Source of the DNA: Okamejei kenojei
Taxonomy: Eukaryota
DNA: 64,000 nt
Direction: 5' to 3'
NCBI GenBank assembly: GCA_035221665.1
Contig: CM069159.1
Location: 17,918,001-17,982,000 of the forward strand
How positions within the stretch are numbered: position 1 is the stretch's first letter; each line of letters begins with the position of its first letter. The notes beneath the pieces are model-generated. The model did not search any database and had not been told where the DNA came from. It saw only the letters and a list, made by a program, of their open reading frames with translations. Made by a program: the position numbers and the translations under genes. Positions 25,321 to 38,680 of the stretch are shown here, one piece after another.

Positions 25321-26106
25321 CTATCTCTGCTAAGACTACTCTGCTGGACTGAGCAACTTTGGGGATCGTGTGAAGAGCAGTAGGATAATTCTTCTACATC
25401 TGAAGAGTATAAGTGAAAGGTATGAGGTTGCCACAAATGGCCATAGATTCATATAGAACAGAAAGAGGCCTTTCAACCCACCATGCCCATGCTGACTATA
25501 GACTATCCATCTACACTAAATACATTACCAGCAGTTGGTCTATAATCTTAAATGTTTCAGCAATTTGTAGTGCTAATTGAGATGCTTCTTAAATGTCCTG
25601 GGAAAACTAATTTCCACCACCCGTTCAGGTAGTGTGCTCCACAGATTCTAGGCAAGGATATAAGCAAGATCTGACCTGCTCACTTGAGAAAGACCTGATC
25701 GACTCCACATTTACTGCCCCGAGATGTTGTACATCCAAGAATTTGACACTTGTTCATGTAGACACAAGATGTGATCAATAATAATTGAGGAGATTCACAG
25801 CAATAAACCTTTGGTCAGCACTCAATGAATATGCATTAGTTCCAGTGGTGTCATTGATCACTGGGAGCAGGCATCATCCTGGTCCAGCTGCACAGAGCAG
25901 ACCACCAATGCTCGTGATAAAGCTGCAGAAACAAGAAGACCATAAGTGAGCTGATCTACAAAAACAAACCCAATTCTGTGTGCAACCGACGTCGAAACGT
26001 CAAATGTGCTTTGGACCATCATTACTGTGAATTTTAGAGTTCCATGTCCAATTGGTGCCTCCTTAATATGTAAGACCACCAGGTAATTTCAATCAAGACC
26101 ATTTTG

Positions 26107-26420
26107 TGGGTGGCAGAGTGGTGCAGCTGGTTGAGCCGCTGCCTCATAGTGCCAGAAACCCGGGTTTGATCCTGACCTCGGGTACTGTCTGTGAGGAGTT
26201 TGCACATTCTCCCTGTCACCGCATGGGTTTCCTCCGGGTGCTCCAGTTTCCTTCTGCATCCCAAAGACATGTGGGACTGTAGGTTAATAGGCCTCTGTAA
26301 ACTGCCCTTGGTGTGAAGGATGGGAAAGTGGGGTAACATAACTAGGGTGAACGGGTGGCTGACGGTCAGCGTGAACCCGATGGGACAAAGGGCTTGTGAT
26401 TTCATGTTGCATCTTTAAAT
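26107..26420 (+). mobile_element. HE1-like SINE, full length
   Basis: A-box-like gtggtgcagctgg, B-box-like ggtttgatcc, V-domain and tail. Confidence 0.9.
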
Positions 26421-27371
26421 CGATCTCCTCCTCCCGCCCTCCCTTTCTTCAGTTTCCCATTGGTTCATGCTGGCTTACTTTCTGCATTTTAACGTATGCT
26501 ACTTTGTCTAGAAACTCACCTGTGGTCAAAGACGGTGAAAATGAAGACTAATGGCCAAGCAGCACCTACTAACGCTACTCGATGGGGCAGTTGGCCGTAC
26601 AGAACAAGGGATCATCTTTTACTGCAGTTGGCTTCCCTGTGGAGAACAGCTGAGGCAGTAATTGTGACAAATCTGAGTATTGATTGTGGATGCCACAATA
26701 GCGGATGTGCTGTACACGTTCCAATGACTACAATGACATTTACATGCCAGAATTTGAAGGCAAAGCTAATTGGAAAAACTTGACTGTACCTTGTGCTGTA
26801 AACAACTTGATCTCCGTTCACAAAACAAAATGCACTGGAAATGTGGATTACAACGCTCCTTATGCAAGCATTGAAATAACGTTTCACCTGTGGCACTTTG
26901 GGTAATGCAATATTCAGTCAAACTTTATTATCCAATCTTCTTTCCAAGTAACATAGCACCACTGAAGGAGGGTCCTAATCCAAAATATTGTTTGTCAATT
27001 TCCCTCCATAGATACCTTCTGACCTGTTAAGTTCCTCCAGCACATTGTTTGTTGAGACAAAATCTTAACAAATCTGCATCTGTAACATCGTACCATCTGT
27101 AGCATCTCCAACATACCACCACATAAAAGTTTATTTAAATAATGTAATGGAAGTTTTCCAAAAAAAAATCCTGTACTGAGCATATTTTTGATTTGATCTG
27201 GTTAGGTTAATTTGAACTCTAGAAGGTAGTGAATAAATTAATATACACCAAATACTATCATCTGCAATATATTTTTGGTATATTCAATTTATGACATCTA
27301 ATTCTAATACTTAAAAAAAAAAATTGAATCCAATACAAAATGAGATTTCACATATATGCAATAAACCATTT

Positions 27372-28101
27372 ACTATCTAAATGGCATTGTGCTGTCTAAA
27401 TGGCGCCAAGTTGGGAAAAGGGGAAGTACAACGGGATCTGGGGGGTCCTTGTACATCAGTCTATGAAAGTAAGCATGCAGGTACAGCAGGCAGTGAAGAA
27501 AGCAAATGACATGTTGGCCTTTACAACAAGAGGAATCAAATATAGGAGCAAAGAGATCCTTCTGCAGTTGTACAGAGCCCAAGTGAGACCACACCTGGAG
27601 TATTGTGTGCAGTTTTGGTCCCCTAATTTGAGGAAGGACATTCTTGCTATTGAGGGAGTGCAGCGTAGGTTTACAAGGTTAATTCCCAGGATGGCGGGAC
27701 TGTCATATGTTGAGAGAAGGAATCAGCTGGGCTTGTACACTCTGGAGTTTAGAAGGATGAGAGGATATCTAATTGAAACATATAAGATTGTTATGGGTTT
27801 GGACACGCTAGAGGCAGGAAACATGTTCCTGATGTTGGGGGAGTCCAGAACCAGGGGCCACACTTTAAGAATAAGGAGTAAGCCATTTAGAACGGAGACA
27901 TGGAAACACTTTTTCTTACAGAGACTAGTGAATCTGTGGAATTCTCTGCCTCAGAGGGCGGGTGAGGCGGGTTCGCTGGATGCTTTCAAGAGTGAGCTAG
28001 ATAGGGCTCTTACAAATAGTGGAGTCAGGGGATATGGGGAGAAGTCAGGAACGGGGTACTGATTGGGGATCATCAGCCATGATCACATTGAATGGCGGTG
28101 C
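27372..28101 (+). mobile_element. CR1/HER1 LINE ORF2 C-terminus; tail continues at 33717-33787
   Basis: ORF 27400-28062 contains VRPHLEYCVQFWSP, RRMRGYLIETYKI, TRGH and RLVNLWNSLP. Confidence 0.95.
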
Positions 28102-28270
28102 CCCAGGAAACGAAAAGCATTCAATGAAGCCAAAAGTCTTATGCGTGGAGTAGAAAATCTGAGATACGGTTTGAACTACCCAGCGACTTTAAGAGTTTTC
28201 TTATAAGAAAGTGGAGTACTTTTTTAAGACCCCAAACACAGCATTGGAGTTTGCTCAGCAGTTCAAGACT
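28102..28270 (+). pseudogene. L1 ORF1p C-terminal remnant
   Basis: Translates RKRKAFNEAKSLMRGVENLRYGLNYPATLRV, containing the Y-x-L-x-YPA-x-L motif of the L1 ORF1p CTD. Confidence 0.8.
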
Positions 28271-29210
28271 TGAAGAATACCTACAAGCAAGTTATACTGA
28301 CTTTTACCATCTTCAGATACTCAACATGAACTTTTAATATTTACTGAGACTCTTCAAGAGGATATTGGACTTGATGGAATAGACAATGTCGAATGGAATG
28401 GAGGGGAATAAAACAAGATTTGACAACGTCATCTGGATATCTGGACATTGATAATTAGTTCTAACATATAACTAACAAAAATAATTAATACACACATTAA
28501 GATTATAATACGGTTTTATTATCAGTTTTTCCCACCCTATTTTTTTATTAATTAGGAATGTCTATTATTACTAATCACTATTACTAATAATTAATAACTA
28601 ATTTTCCCTTTTTTGAACTGAATTAATTGTATGTTATTCATCTTTTTATATAGCCTTTGTATTTTTTATGTCTAATATTAGTTAGATTTCTAAGTTAGCT
28701 TTAGATATTGATATTTTTAAAGGAAGAACCTTTTTTTTTTTTTTTTATTCTTCCTCTTTTCTCTTTTTCTCTCCCCTTCCTGGTTTTTTTTTTATTTTTT
28801 TTTAATTATTATTCCCCCTCCCCCCCCCCCCTTTTTTACATTATATATATTATACCCCCGTTAAAATATTGTTAAGGAATAGTAATTCCCTAATTCCAGG
28901 AGCTGGTCGTGTTAATAACATCGATGATGGAAGTCGTTAGATATATAGTCATCTTAATATGGCTGGCACAAACTACATCGATTCTAGATGTAGTTCTTTT
29001 TTCTTTTACACACAGTACTTCTATTTTATTTTCTTTCTATCTTTTATATCTATAGTAATTTTTGGTTTGATTGGAGTAATATAATGTACCAAGGGAGATA
29101 TATTCATGAGGGGCAAAAAAGAGATTTAAACTACATCCACTCGGGGTTCAGGTGTAAGGTTGGGTTTATCGCGCTGATCCTTAGATCCTGCAGATCCCCA
29201 TAAATCTAAA

Positions 29211-32200
29211 ATGCAAGACTTAAAAAGAAATACGGGGAATGAGGGATTAACATTCTGCAGTTGGAATGTTAAAGGTATTAATGAACCGATAAAGAGAGGA
29301 AAAGTATTGACATACTTAAAGGCAAGTAAAGCTGATGTAATTTACATTCAAGAGACCCATCTAAAAAAAGAGGCGGAAAACAGGTTGAAAGCTAAATGGA
29401 TAGATAAAATATATCACTCTTCTTTTACACATAAATCAAGAGGCGTAGCAATATTATTTCGTAAAGGTACTTTATTTAAGCATACATTAACCATAGATGA
29501 TAAAGATGGTAGATATATTATTGTGATAGGAGAATTAAATACAGAAAAAGTAATTCTTGTTAATATATATGGACCAAATTTTTGATAGTCCATTGTTTTT
29601 TAAAAAAGTATTTAATAATATTCCGGAATTAACACAATATAATTTGATAATTGGTGGAGATTTCAACTGTACATTAGACCCTTACTTAGACAGATCTACA
29701 AAACAAAGAAAAAACAAATCACGTTCTAGTGATTTGCTAAATGCATATATGCAAACAACCAACATTAAAGATGTTTGGAGAACAGAAAATCCTACAGGAC
29801 GAGAATATTCTTTTTACTCCCCAGTACATAAAACTTACTCAAGAATAGATTATTTTTTGGTGGATGCAAAACTTATCTCACTTACTTATGAAGCTAAATA
29901 TGATAATATAATAATCTCAGATCACGCTCCAGTAACGTTTAAAATTAAAATTAATAATAAAATAGAAAATTTAAGACAGTGGAAATTTAACCCACAAATT
30001 TAAAAAACAAAGCCACTCAGGAATATATCATAACTCAAATTAAAACTTTTTTTGAAATAAATGATCAACCAGAGATATCGCGTTCTTTATTGTGGGAAAC
30101 ATTTAAGGCATATCTTCGAGAATAATGATTTCTTCACAAGCATTTGACAATAAAAAGACTCGGAAAGAACAACAAGATCTAGAAAAGGAGATTAAGGAAT
30201 TAGATATACAGAATGCAATAAAACCAGATACGACATTACATAATAAAATTGTTATATTGAAATATAAATTAAATAAAATATATACAGATCAAGTGATAAA
30301 ATTTTACCAACATACTAAACAATTACAGTTTGAATTTGGGGATAAGCCCCAAAAACTGCTGGCTCGACAATTAAGGAAAATTGAAGCGGAAAAAATTATA
30401 CATAGGATTAAATCACAAAATGGTGATTTATTAATACAACCTAAAGATATTAATGAAAGATTTATGCAATATTATAAAAATTTATACACTACTAAAACAA
30501 CAGTAAAGTAAAATAGAAATAGATGCATTTTTATAAAAAAATGTAACTTGAAAGGACTGGATTTACAAAATAGAAAATTATTAAATGCTGATATTTCAAT
30601 AAATGAAATTAAAGAATCTATTAGATCATTAAAAAACGGTAAAACACCAGGACCTGATGGTATAGGTTCGGAATTTTATAAAACATTTCATGAATATATA
30701 GTTCCATATTTAAAATCACTATATGAACAGATATATACAGAACAGAAGCTTCCAGATACATTGAACGAATCGATTATAACACTCATACCTAAAATAAATA
30801 AAGACTTAGACGAACCAGGATCATATAGAGCAATAGCTCTATTAAATACAGATCAAAAGATATTAACAACAATATTAGCAAAAAGATTGAGTTCAATTGT
30901 TGATGAATTAATACATCCGGATCAAACTGGATTTATACCAAAACGATATTCTTCATATAATCTAAGACGATTGTTTAATATTATTTATTCGAAAAGAAGT
31001 GATAAAAAAGATTTAGTAGTTATTTCGCTTGATGCAGAAAAGGCTTTTGACCAAGTGGAATGGCCCTATTTATTTTCGGTGATGGAAGCTTTTAAATTAG
31101 GAGAGGAGTTTATTACTTGGATTAAATTATTATATGCAAATCCAATAGCTAGAATAACAACAAATCGAATGTTATCAATTAAATTTAATTTATCACGAGG
31201 TTGTAGGCAAGGTTGCCCTTTATCACCTTTATTGTTTGCATTAGCAATAGAACCACTTGCTCAGAGGGTAAGACTACACCCGGAAATATATGGATATGAT
31301 ACCGCAAATACTAAGAATAAAATTTCCTTATATGCAGATGATGTATTACTTTATATCACTCAACCAGAAATAAGTATTCGAAATTTGTTAAAACTAATAA
31401 CGGAATTCGGATCACTTTCAGGATACAGTATTAATTGGAATAAAAGTGAACTTATGCCTATAACAATGAATAAGTTACATATATTACAACAATTTCCTTT
31501 TAAGATAACAAATGAAAATATTAAATATCTTGGGATTTTTGTTACAAAAAGATTTAATTCTCTATTTAAATCTAATTTTCCCCCATTACTAGATAAATTA
31601 AATAAGAATATTTCATACTGGAAAAGTTTACCTATTTCGATGATAGGGAAAATTAATGCAATAAAAATGATTTTTTCTTCCACAATTATTATATTTATTT
31701 CAATTAATCCCGATATATCTTCCAAAAATTTTTTTAAAAAAAGTAGATTCTTTAATTACGAATTTTATTTGGGATTATAAGATTCATAGAATAAATAAAA
31801 AAACATTTATGTAAGTCTAAAATAAATGGAGGATTAGCGTTACCAAACTTGATGTTTTATTACTGGGCAGTTAATATTAAAAACATGAATTTTTGGTTAG
31901 GAGAAATAGATAATAAACCAAATTGGTTAAGTATGGAAGAAGAAGATTGTTCTCCATTAGAAATTAGCTCTATAATATTTGCTAATATTAATGTAGCTAA
32001 GAAAGTTTATAGTGAAAAATCCGATAATAGAAAATGGAATCCGCATATGGAAACAAATAAAGAAAGCATTAAAACTAAAATCTATACCAATAAGTCTTAA
32101 GATTGTTAATAATTTTATGTTTAAAAACCTTCGATTTTGGATAAGGCTTTTTTACAATGGAAAAAATAAAGGAATTTCTAAGATGGGTGATCTTTATAAG

Positions 32201-33034
32201 GAAAATACTTTTCTTTCATTTCAAGAGTTGCAACAAATTTATGGGCTACATAATAAAGAATATTTCAGATATTTACAAATTAGAAACTATGCCTCTGTAA
32301 ATATATATGAATTTAGAAATAGAAAAATAGAAATTTTAGATGAATGTTTGAATAAACATCCAAATATGGAAAAAATGATATCATATATATATAATATTTT
32401 ACTGGAAAACGATACTCCATCAACAGAAATATACAGAGAATCTTGGGAAAAGGAATTAGGCCAAATAATAAGACCAGAAATATGGGATGAAAGTTTACAA
32501 CATATACATTATTGTTCATTAAACGCTAAACATTCTCTTATACAGTTTAAAATATTACATAGATTACATTACTCTAAATCTAAATTACATAATATTTTTC
32601 CAAAAATATCTCCAATATGTGACAAATGTCAAATTTCAGAAGCAAATTTGACACATTCATTCACTAACTGCATAAAAATTGTAGAATACTGGAAGGAAAT
32701 ATTTAAAATAATCTCGACTGTTATTAATATAAATATAATCCCTGACCCAAAGCTGATTATACTTGGAATAATTGAAACTGACCAATTAATAACAACGAAT
32801 CAAAGAACTTTTATTGATTATGGTTTAATAATTGGGAAAAAATTAATATTAAAATTTTGGAAAGGCCCTGCATTCCCAACAATCAAAATGTGGAATATAG
32901 AAATGTCGGAGACACTTCATTTGGAGAGATTGAGGCTTGTCCTTATGGATAGGTTAGATCTCTTCAGATGTATTTGGTCTCCATATATTAAATATTTGCA
33001 GGGTCGTAATGGTTCGGCGCGGGAACCTGACTGA
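29211..33034 (+). pseudogene. L1 ORF2 (APE endonuclease, RT, CCHC), frameshifted as assembled
   Basis: SWNVKG, IQETH, GGDFN, SRIDY, SDHAP, TPGPDG, SLDAEKAFD, RQGCPLSP, YADD and CDKC-x8-H-x4-C. Confidence 0.95.
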
Positions 33035-33682
33035 GGCCTGGACATTTGAGTGGATGAAGAGATACGTATAATAAATCATGAATATATCTATAAGGACGGA
33101 TTATTGACGAATATTTTATTCTCCATCAAACCTCTTCTTATTCTTTATTCTATTTCCTAATTTCTCTATTTTCTTATATCTAAATAAAAAATAAAAAAAA
33201 TAATATAGAAACACACTAGCTTAATATTAGAATGAATATAAATATCATTAGATTTATAAGAACATTGTTTAGTATTATTAGCATTTCCTAGTATTTTATA
33301 TTTTTAATTATATAAAATTATATGCTTTTAATGGTACAATAATTTTAAATTTAGCGATAAAATAAATATTGTTAACATTAGGAAGAAATAATAAGAATTA
33401 TATAAGATGTACTAACTTTTTGTATCAATAATATCATAAAATTTGGTCTTATACTTAATAAAATTAGAAATAAAATGATAATTACTAATAGTACGAGTAT
33501 AATGCTAATATTGTGAATGTATTAGTAGTATTATGTATCTTTAATTATATAAAATACATAACTCTGAAATCTATAACTAAGGATAATACAGTATAAATAA
33601 TATTATTAGTATGAATCAGTTATTAGGACTATGTATATTTACTACTGAAATATAATGTAACTGGTTGTTATTTTGTTTCTAT

Positions 33683-33713
<31 letters not shown>

Positions 33714-33716
33714 AAA

Positions 33717-33787
33717 GAATGGCGGTGCTGGCTCGAAGGGCCGAATGGCCTACTCCTGCATCTATTGTCTATTGTCTATTATCTATT
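33717..33787 (+). mobile_element. 3' tail of the CR1 interrupted by the L1
   Basis: gaatggcggtgctggctcgaagggccgaatggcctactcc followed by (ctattgt)n. Confidence 0.9.
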
Positions 33788-35804
33788 GATTAAATCTATA
33801 ATTGATGTGTTTAAAAGGTGATACAAGCAGTACTCCTTAAAAATTATTTAAAAAAACGAATGGTAGATTTGAAACATAATTTTAATGATCTGTGTCACAT
33901 AGTAAGAATCATTAAATCCACAAATTAATTGAGAGAAAGAATTCATTGAAGTGTAAGTGCTTAACACAAGCTTAACATTTTGGTCTCGTGCTGTTGAGGG
34001 GAATCTACACATAAAATAAATAGTTTATTGGGAAGAAAATTACATTAAAATTAATAATCTGTGCTCTTCCATCTCTCACTGTAATTAATTGATTTTGGAA
34101 ACTAAACAACAGTTCAAAGTGGTGTCGGTCAAACTCAAAGATTATAATAGTTTTGCATATCACACTGATGATTAAAGAGATTGAATTAGATCAAATGATA
34201 CATAACATGCTCAACTTTATTAGAAATTGGGTTTTGGAAGCTTTGAAGTTGCGGATGGATGTAATCCAATTGCCCCATGTAATTAGACGGAATGCTTTTC
34301 AATTGGTTAGCTCCAGCTATTCTAATTAAAATCTGCTAAATTGTGTCAATATACCCTTCTGACATTACCTATGGTTGTTTATAAGGTGACACTTGCAAGC
34401 AGCACACCTTTTAAAAATCACTTTCAAAAACAAATGGTAGATGAGATATTATGGGATTAAGTCTAGTCTCTATCACAAAGGAAGAATCATTAAATCCACA
34501 AACTAATTGAGATAAAGAATCTATAGGTTTAATTTGGAAGAATGCAAAGAAACTTTCTTGGACCCACAACGTAACTTTCCTTTTCTTCAATGCACGATTG
34601 GTTTGCTGGCCAGACCCAAACTCCAGTCTATTTTCTGCACCAAGCAATTTTCTGGATTCGGAACTTATCATTTTCAATATTGATTTTCATATTTGAAAAG
34701 ACCAATGCAGAATGAACAATGTGAAAAATGCTTAGTATGTTTTTTTTCTCCTCAATCGGTAGTACTCAAGAAAATTATGGAGCATTAGGAATCAAGGTTG
34801 GCATTGACTAGTTGGGCTGAAGGGCCTGTTTCTGTGCTGAATGATTCTGTCCTTATTAAGATCATGTGATGACAGGCATAAAAGCTGAGCTAAAGCCCAT
34901 AACCTGATTCAATCTTCTTCTTGCTCAATTCTATTCCAACATTTATTTTATCTTTTTGTTTCTTTCTCCCACATTCAACATTCAAGATTGTCTCATGCGT
35001 GTGTGATTTTTTTCATATTCACACAAAGGTACATACACTTGATTGACGTACATATAAATACATTTTCTTGTGTTGGAAAGATCTGCAGATGCTGGTTTAA
35101 CTCGAAGAGAGACACAAAATGCTGGAGTAACTCAGGCAGCATCTCTGGAGAGAAGGATTGGGTGACGTTTTGGGTCGTGACCCTTCTTCAGACTCATTAT
35201 CGTCTCCGGAAGAGGGGTTTTGCTGGAGAAAGGACAAAAATTGTCTTGGAAACAATTCTGTTTTTATTTTCTATCATCTCCATATCTTTACCCCTTTTTA
35301 TTTCTTACAATTTTCACAGCAGTTGAAGCACACAAAACCACACTCAGTTCAGTGCAATCATACAGTCACAGCATCATCGGTCGGGCTGTGAGATTTCTAC
35401 GTCTTTACCCTGTAGATCTATGGAGCTGGTGGAGGCAAGGCCTGCGTTTTGCTGAGCCAGCGTCCTGCATGAAGTTGTAAGTTAACTTGGCACAAACACC
35501 TGCTCAAATCAGTCACCACTGACTGCACATTCATCATTAATGAGGTCCATACATCTAAAGCAAACTAGATAAACCTGTCTAGATTCTGTTAGCCCATTCA
35601 TCCTCTAGACTGTTCATGGTCTCCAGGGGGTAATTTCAATCCTTTTTGTACATCCTAAGCATAAACTTCACAGTAACATAGAGAGCCTTCTGTTATCCAA
35701 CTCCTCCCCCATTCCTCCTGCAAACACAACTCCCCCCCCCCCCCCCCCCCCCATTCTCAGCTCCTTCAATGTTTTTTACAACATGTTCATCTACCAGACT
35801 ATGG

Positions 35805-36470
35805 TCATTCATCATTTATTGCCCATCTCTAACTGAGTTTCAAGATGATGATGAACCACCTCTTGAACCATTGCACTCCTGGCGAATCCACTCCAATGGT
35901 GGAACCCCAGAGGGGAGTTCCGGGGTATCCTCCCAAAGACAAATCAAGGGAGAGGAATGGATCATCAAGTTAGAATGGTAGATGACTTGCAGAGGAACAT
36001 GCAGGTGATGGAGTCCCAAGTACCTGAAGATTTGTTCTTTATGATGGCGGAAGCCCTCGCAAATAACCACGCTTCCAGTTTATAGATGGTACACACTCCA
36101 GCCTCTAGGTGCCAGTGATGAAAGGAATTAATGTTTGGAGATGTGGCAGAGGTAGCAATCAAATAAATTGTTTTGACCTGGCTGCTATTATGTTTCTTTA
36201 GTGTTGTTGTACTCAAACTTATCCAGACAGCATATCATAATATTTGTGAGTTGTGCTTTATAGATGGTGGGAAGGCTTTGAGTTATCAAGAGACTCGCCT
36301 TACATTATGCAATCTCTCTGACCTGTTCTTGCAGCCACAGTGTTAATGTGGCTGGATAGTTGAATGTCTGATCAATAGTGACCCTCAAGATGTTGATTGT
36401 GAGTGCAATACTAGTAATGTCATTTAAGGTGGTTGGATTCTTCTCTGTTGGAGATGACAATTGCCAAGTT
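35805..36470 (-). mobile_element. Old degraded LINE (CR1/L2 group), 3' region
   Basis: catttattgcccatctctaa...ccacctcttgaacc start and gatggtacacact motif; no intact ORF. Confidence 0.5.
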
Positions 36471-37059
36471 CATAATTGGTAATTACTTTCATCATCGATT
36501 ATTTTATCTCATTTGAAACTTGAGATCCTTAAATCTGGATGAATTTTAATTTGGGACCTTTGGAAACCAATTATCTGTTAATGAATATTCAGCTAAGTGT
36601 CATATGGTGTATGCAATATTGATTGGTACCTTGTAATCTGACTGTGTGTGTGTATTGCAACTGGTTTTAGAGTGAAATATGCGGAAGAAGCACTTCATGC
36701 TTTGTGGAGAGCTGCCTGTCTCTATGGTGCTGGGCATGCAATAGAGTAATGCAACAAAAGCAAAATACTGCAGAGTTTGCAATTGGAAAAACAAAATGGA
36801 CTAAATGCAATATAGAAATGTGGGAACTGTGGTGTAGAAGTAGCAAGAGAATTAAATTTTCAAGCTGATGGTATTTTCTCAACAAAGTCTTGCATGTCCT
36901 GTAAGTTATTTTGTTTGATAGTGCACTGTATTAGTGTATATAAGAAGCTATTCTCCATGCAAATTTTGAGTGTACGACATAGCTACTGAGACACTACATA
37001 TGGGAACCCTTGCACTATTTGTGACCAATTAATACAGGAGAATGCAACATAAAGGACGG

Positions 37060-38680
37060 CACAGATTCACATTTGGCAGAGCTGCCACCTCATAGTGTCC
37101 AAGACCCAGGTTCGATCCTGACCTCGGGTACAGTCTATGTGGAGTCTGCACATTCTGCCTGTGGAGTTCCTCCAGGTGCTCCGGTTTCCTCCCACATCGC
37201 AACAATGTGCAGGTTTGTAGGTTGTTGGCCTGTGTGACATTGTCCCTAACATGAGGATGTGGAATAACATAATGGGTGTTAAAGAAAGAACTGCAGATGC
37301 TGGAAAATCGAGGGTACACAAAATGCTGGTGAAACTCAGCGGGTGCAGCAGCATCTATGGAGCGAAGGAGATATGCAACGTTTCGGGCCAAAACCCTTCT
37401 TCAGACTGATGGGGGGTGGGGGAGGCGGGGGGAGAAAGGAAAAAGGAGAAAGGAGGAGGAGGAGCCCAAGGGATGAGGGAGAGGTAGGAAGGGGAGGAGA
37501 CAACAAGGGTTAACAGAATTGAGAGAATTCGATGTTCATGCCAAGAGGATGCCGACTCCCCAAGCGGAATATGAGGTGCTGTTCCTCCAATTTGCGGTGT
37601 TGCTCACTCTGGCCGTCGAGGAGGCCCAGGACAGAGAGGTCGGATGCGGAATGGGGGAGGGGGGGGGGGAGTTGAAGTGCTGAGCCACCGTGAGGTCGGG
37701 TTGGTTATTGCGGACCGAGCGGAGGTGTTCGGCGAAACTATCGCTAAGTCTCACCGATATAGATCAGTTGACATCTAGAGCAGCGGATGCAATAGATGAG
37801 GTTGGAGGAGGTGCTGGTGAACCTCTGTCGGACCTGGAACGACTGCTTGGGTCCTTGAATGGAGTGGAGGGGGGAGGTAAAACGACAAGTTTGGCATCTC
37901 TTTCCCAGCAAGGGAAAGTGCCCGGGGAAGGGGTGGAGTGGGAGGGAAGGGAAGAATTGACAAGGGAGTTGCGGAGGGAGCGGTCTTTGCGGAAGGCAGA
38001 CTGGGGGGGGGGGGGGGATGCAAAGATGTGGCGAGTGGTGGGATCACGTTGGAGGTGGCGAAACTGGCGGAGGACTATGTATTGTATGTGTCGGCTGGTG
38101 GGGTGAAAGGTGAGGACCGGCGGACTCTGCCCTTATTGCGAGTAGGGGGATGGGGAGAGAGGGCAGTGTTACGGGGTATGGAGGAGACTCTGGTGTGAGC
38201 CTCATCTATAGTGGGGGAGGGGAATCCCCGTTCCCTGAAAAATTAGGACATTTGTGAAGCCCTGGTGTGGAACATCTCATCCTGGGAGCACATGCGGTGT
38301 AGACGGAGGAATTGGGAATAGGGGATGGAGTCCTTACAGGAAGCAGGATGGGAGGAAGAATAGTCCAGATAGCCGTGGGAGTCAGTGGGTTTATAATGGA
38401 TGTCGGTCAGGAGTCTATCACCTGCGATGGAGTTAGTGAGGTCAAGGAATGGTAAGGAAGTGTCGGAAATGGTCCACCTGTGTTTGAGTGCAGGATGGAA
38501 GTTGGTGGTGAAACGGATGAAGTCAGTCAGTTGAGTGTGGGTGCAGGAGGTGACATCAAAGCAGTCGTCGATGTAATGGGTGAATGGGTGAATGGGTGAT
38601 ATAATGGGTGAATGGGTGATCGATGGTTGAAGTGGACTCCGTGGGCTGAAGGGTGTGTTTCCATCCTGTATCCCCATGCT
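37060..38680 (+). mobile_element. HE1-like SINE split by a Penelope insertion (37060-37278 and 38574-38680)
   Basis: Head and V-domain lie left of the Penelope element, the gggctgaaggg tail lies right of it. Confidence 0.8.
37279..38575 (-). mobile_element. 5'-truncated Penelope-like element (Neptune type): RT C-terminus, GIY-YIG and terminal repeat
   Basis: YIDD, LPFLD, YKPTDSHGYLDYSSSHP, SIPYSQFLRL and RLSDSFAEHLRSV; taatgggtg duplicated at 37270-37278 and 38574-38582. Confidence 0.95.

Larger units (their letters stand above)
28102..33716 (+). mobile_element. 5'-truncated fish-type L1 retrotransposon
   Basis: 12-bp TSD gaatggcggtgc (28090-28101 and 33717-33728), aataaa plus poly(A), ORF1 C-terminal remnant, ~0.9-kb spacer and ORF2. 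Confidence 0.97.

Noticed and set aside
26107-26185. tRNA-like A/B boxes, here and in the other SINE heads
   Set aside because: No complete cloverleaf; they continue directly into SINE bodies.
26425-26470. GC box plus ATTGG as a promoter
   Set aside because: No CpG island or downstream exon, and it abuts a SINE tail.
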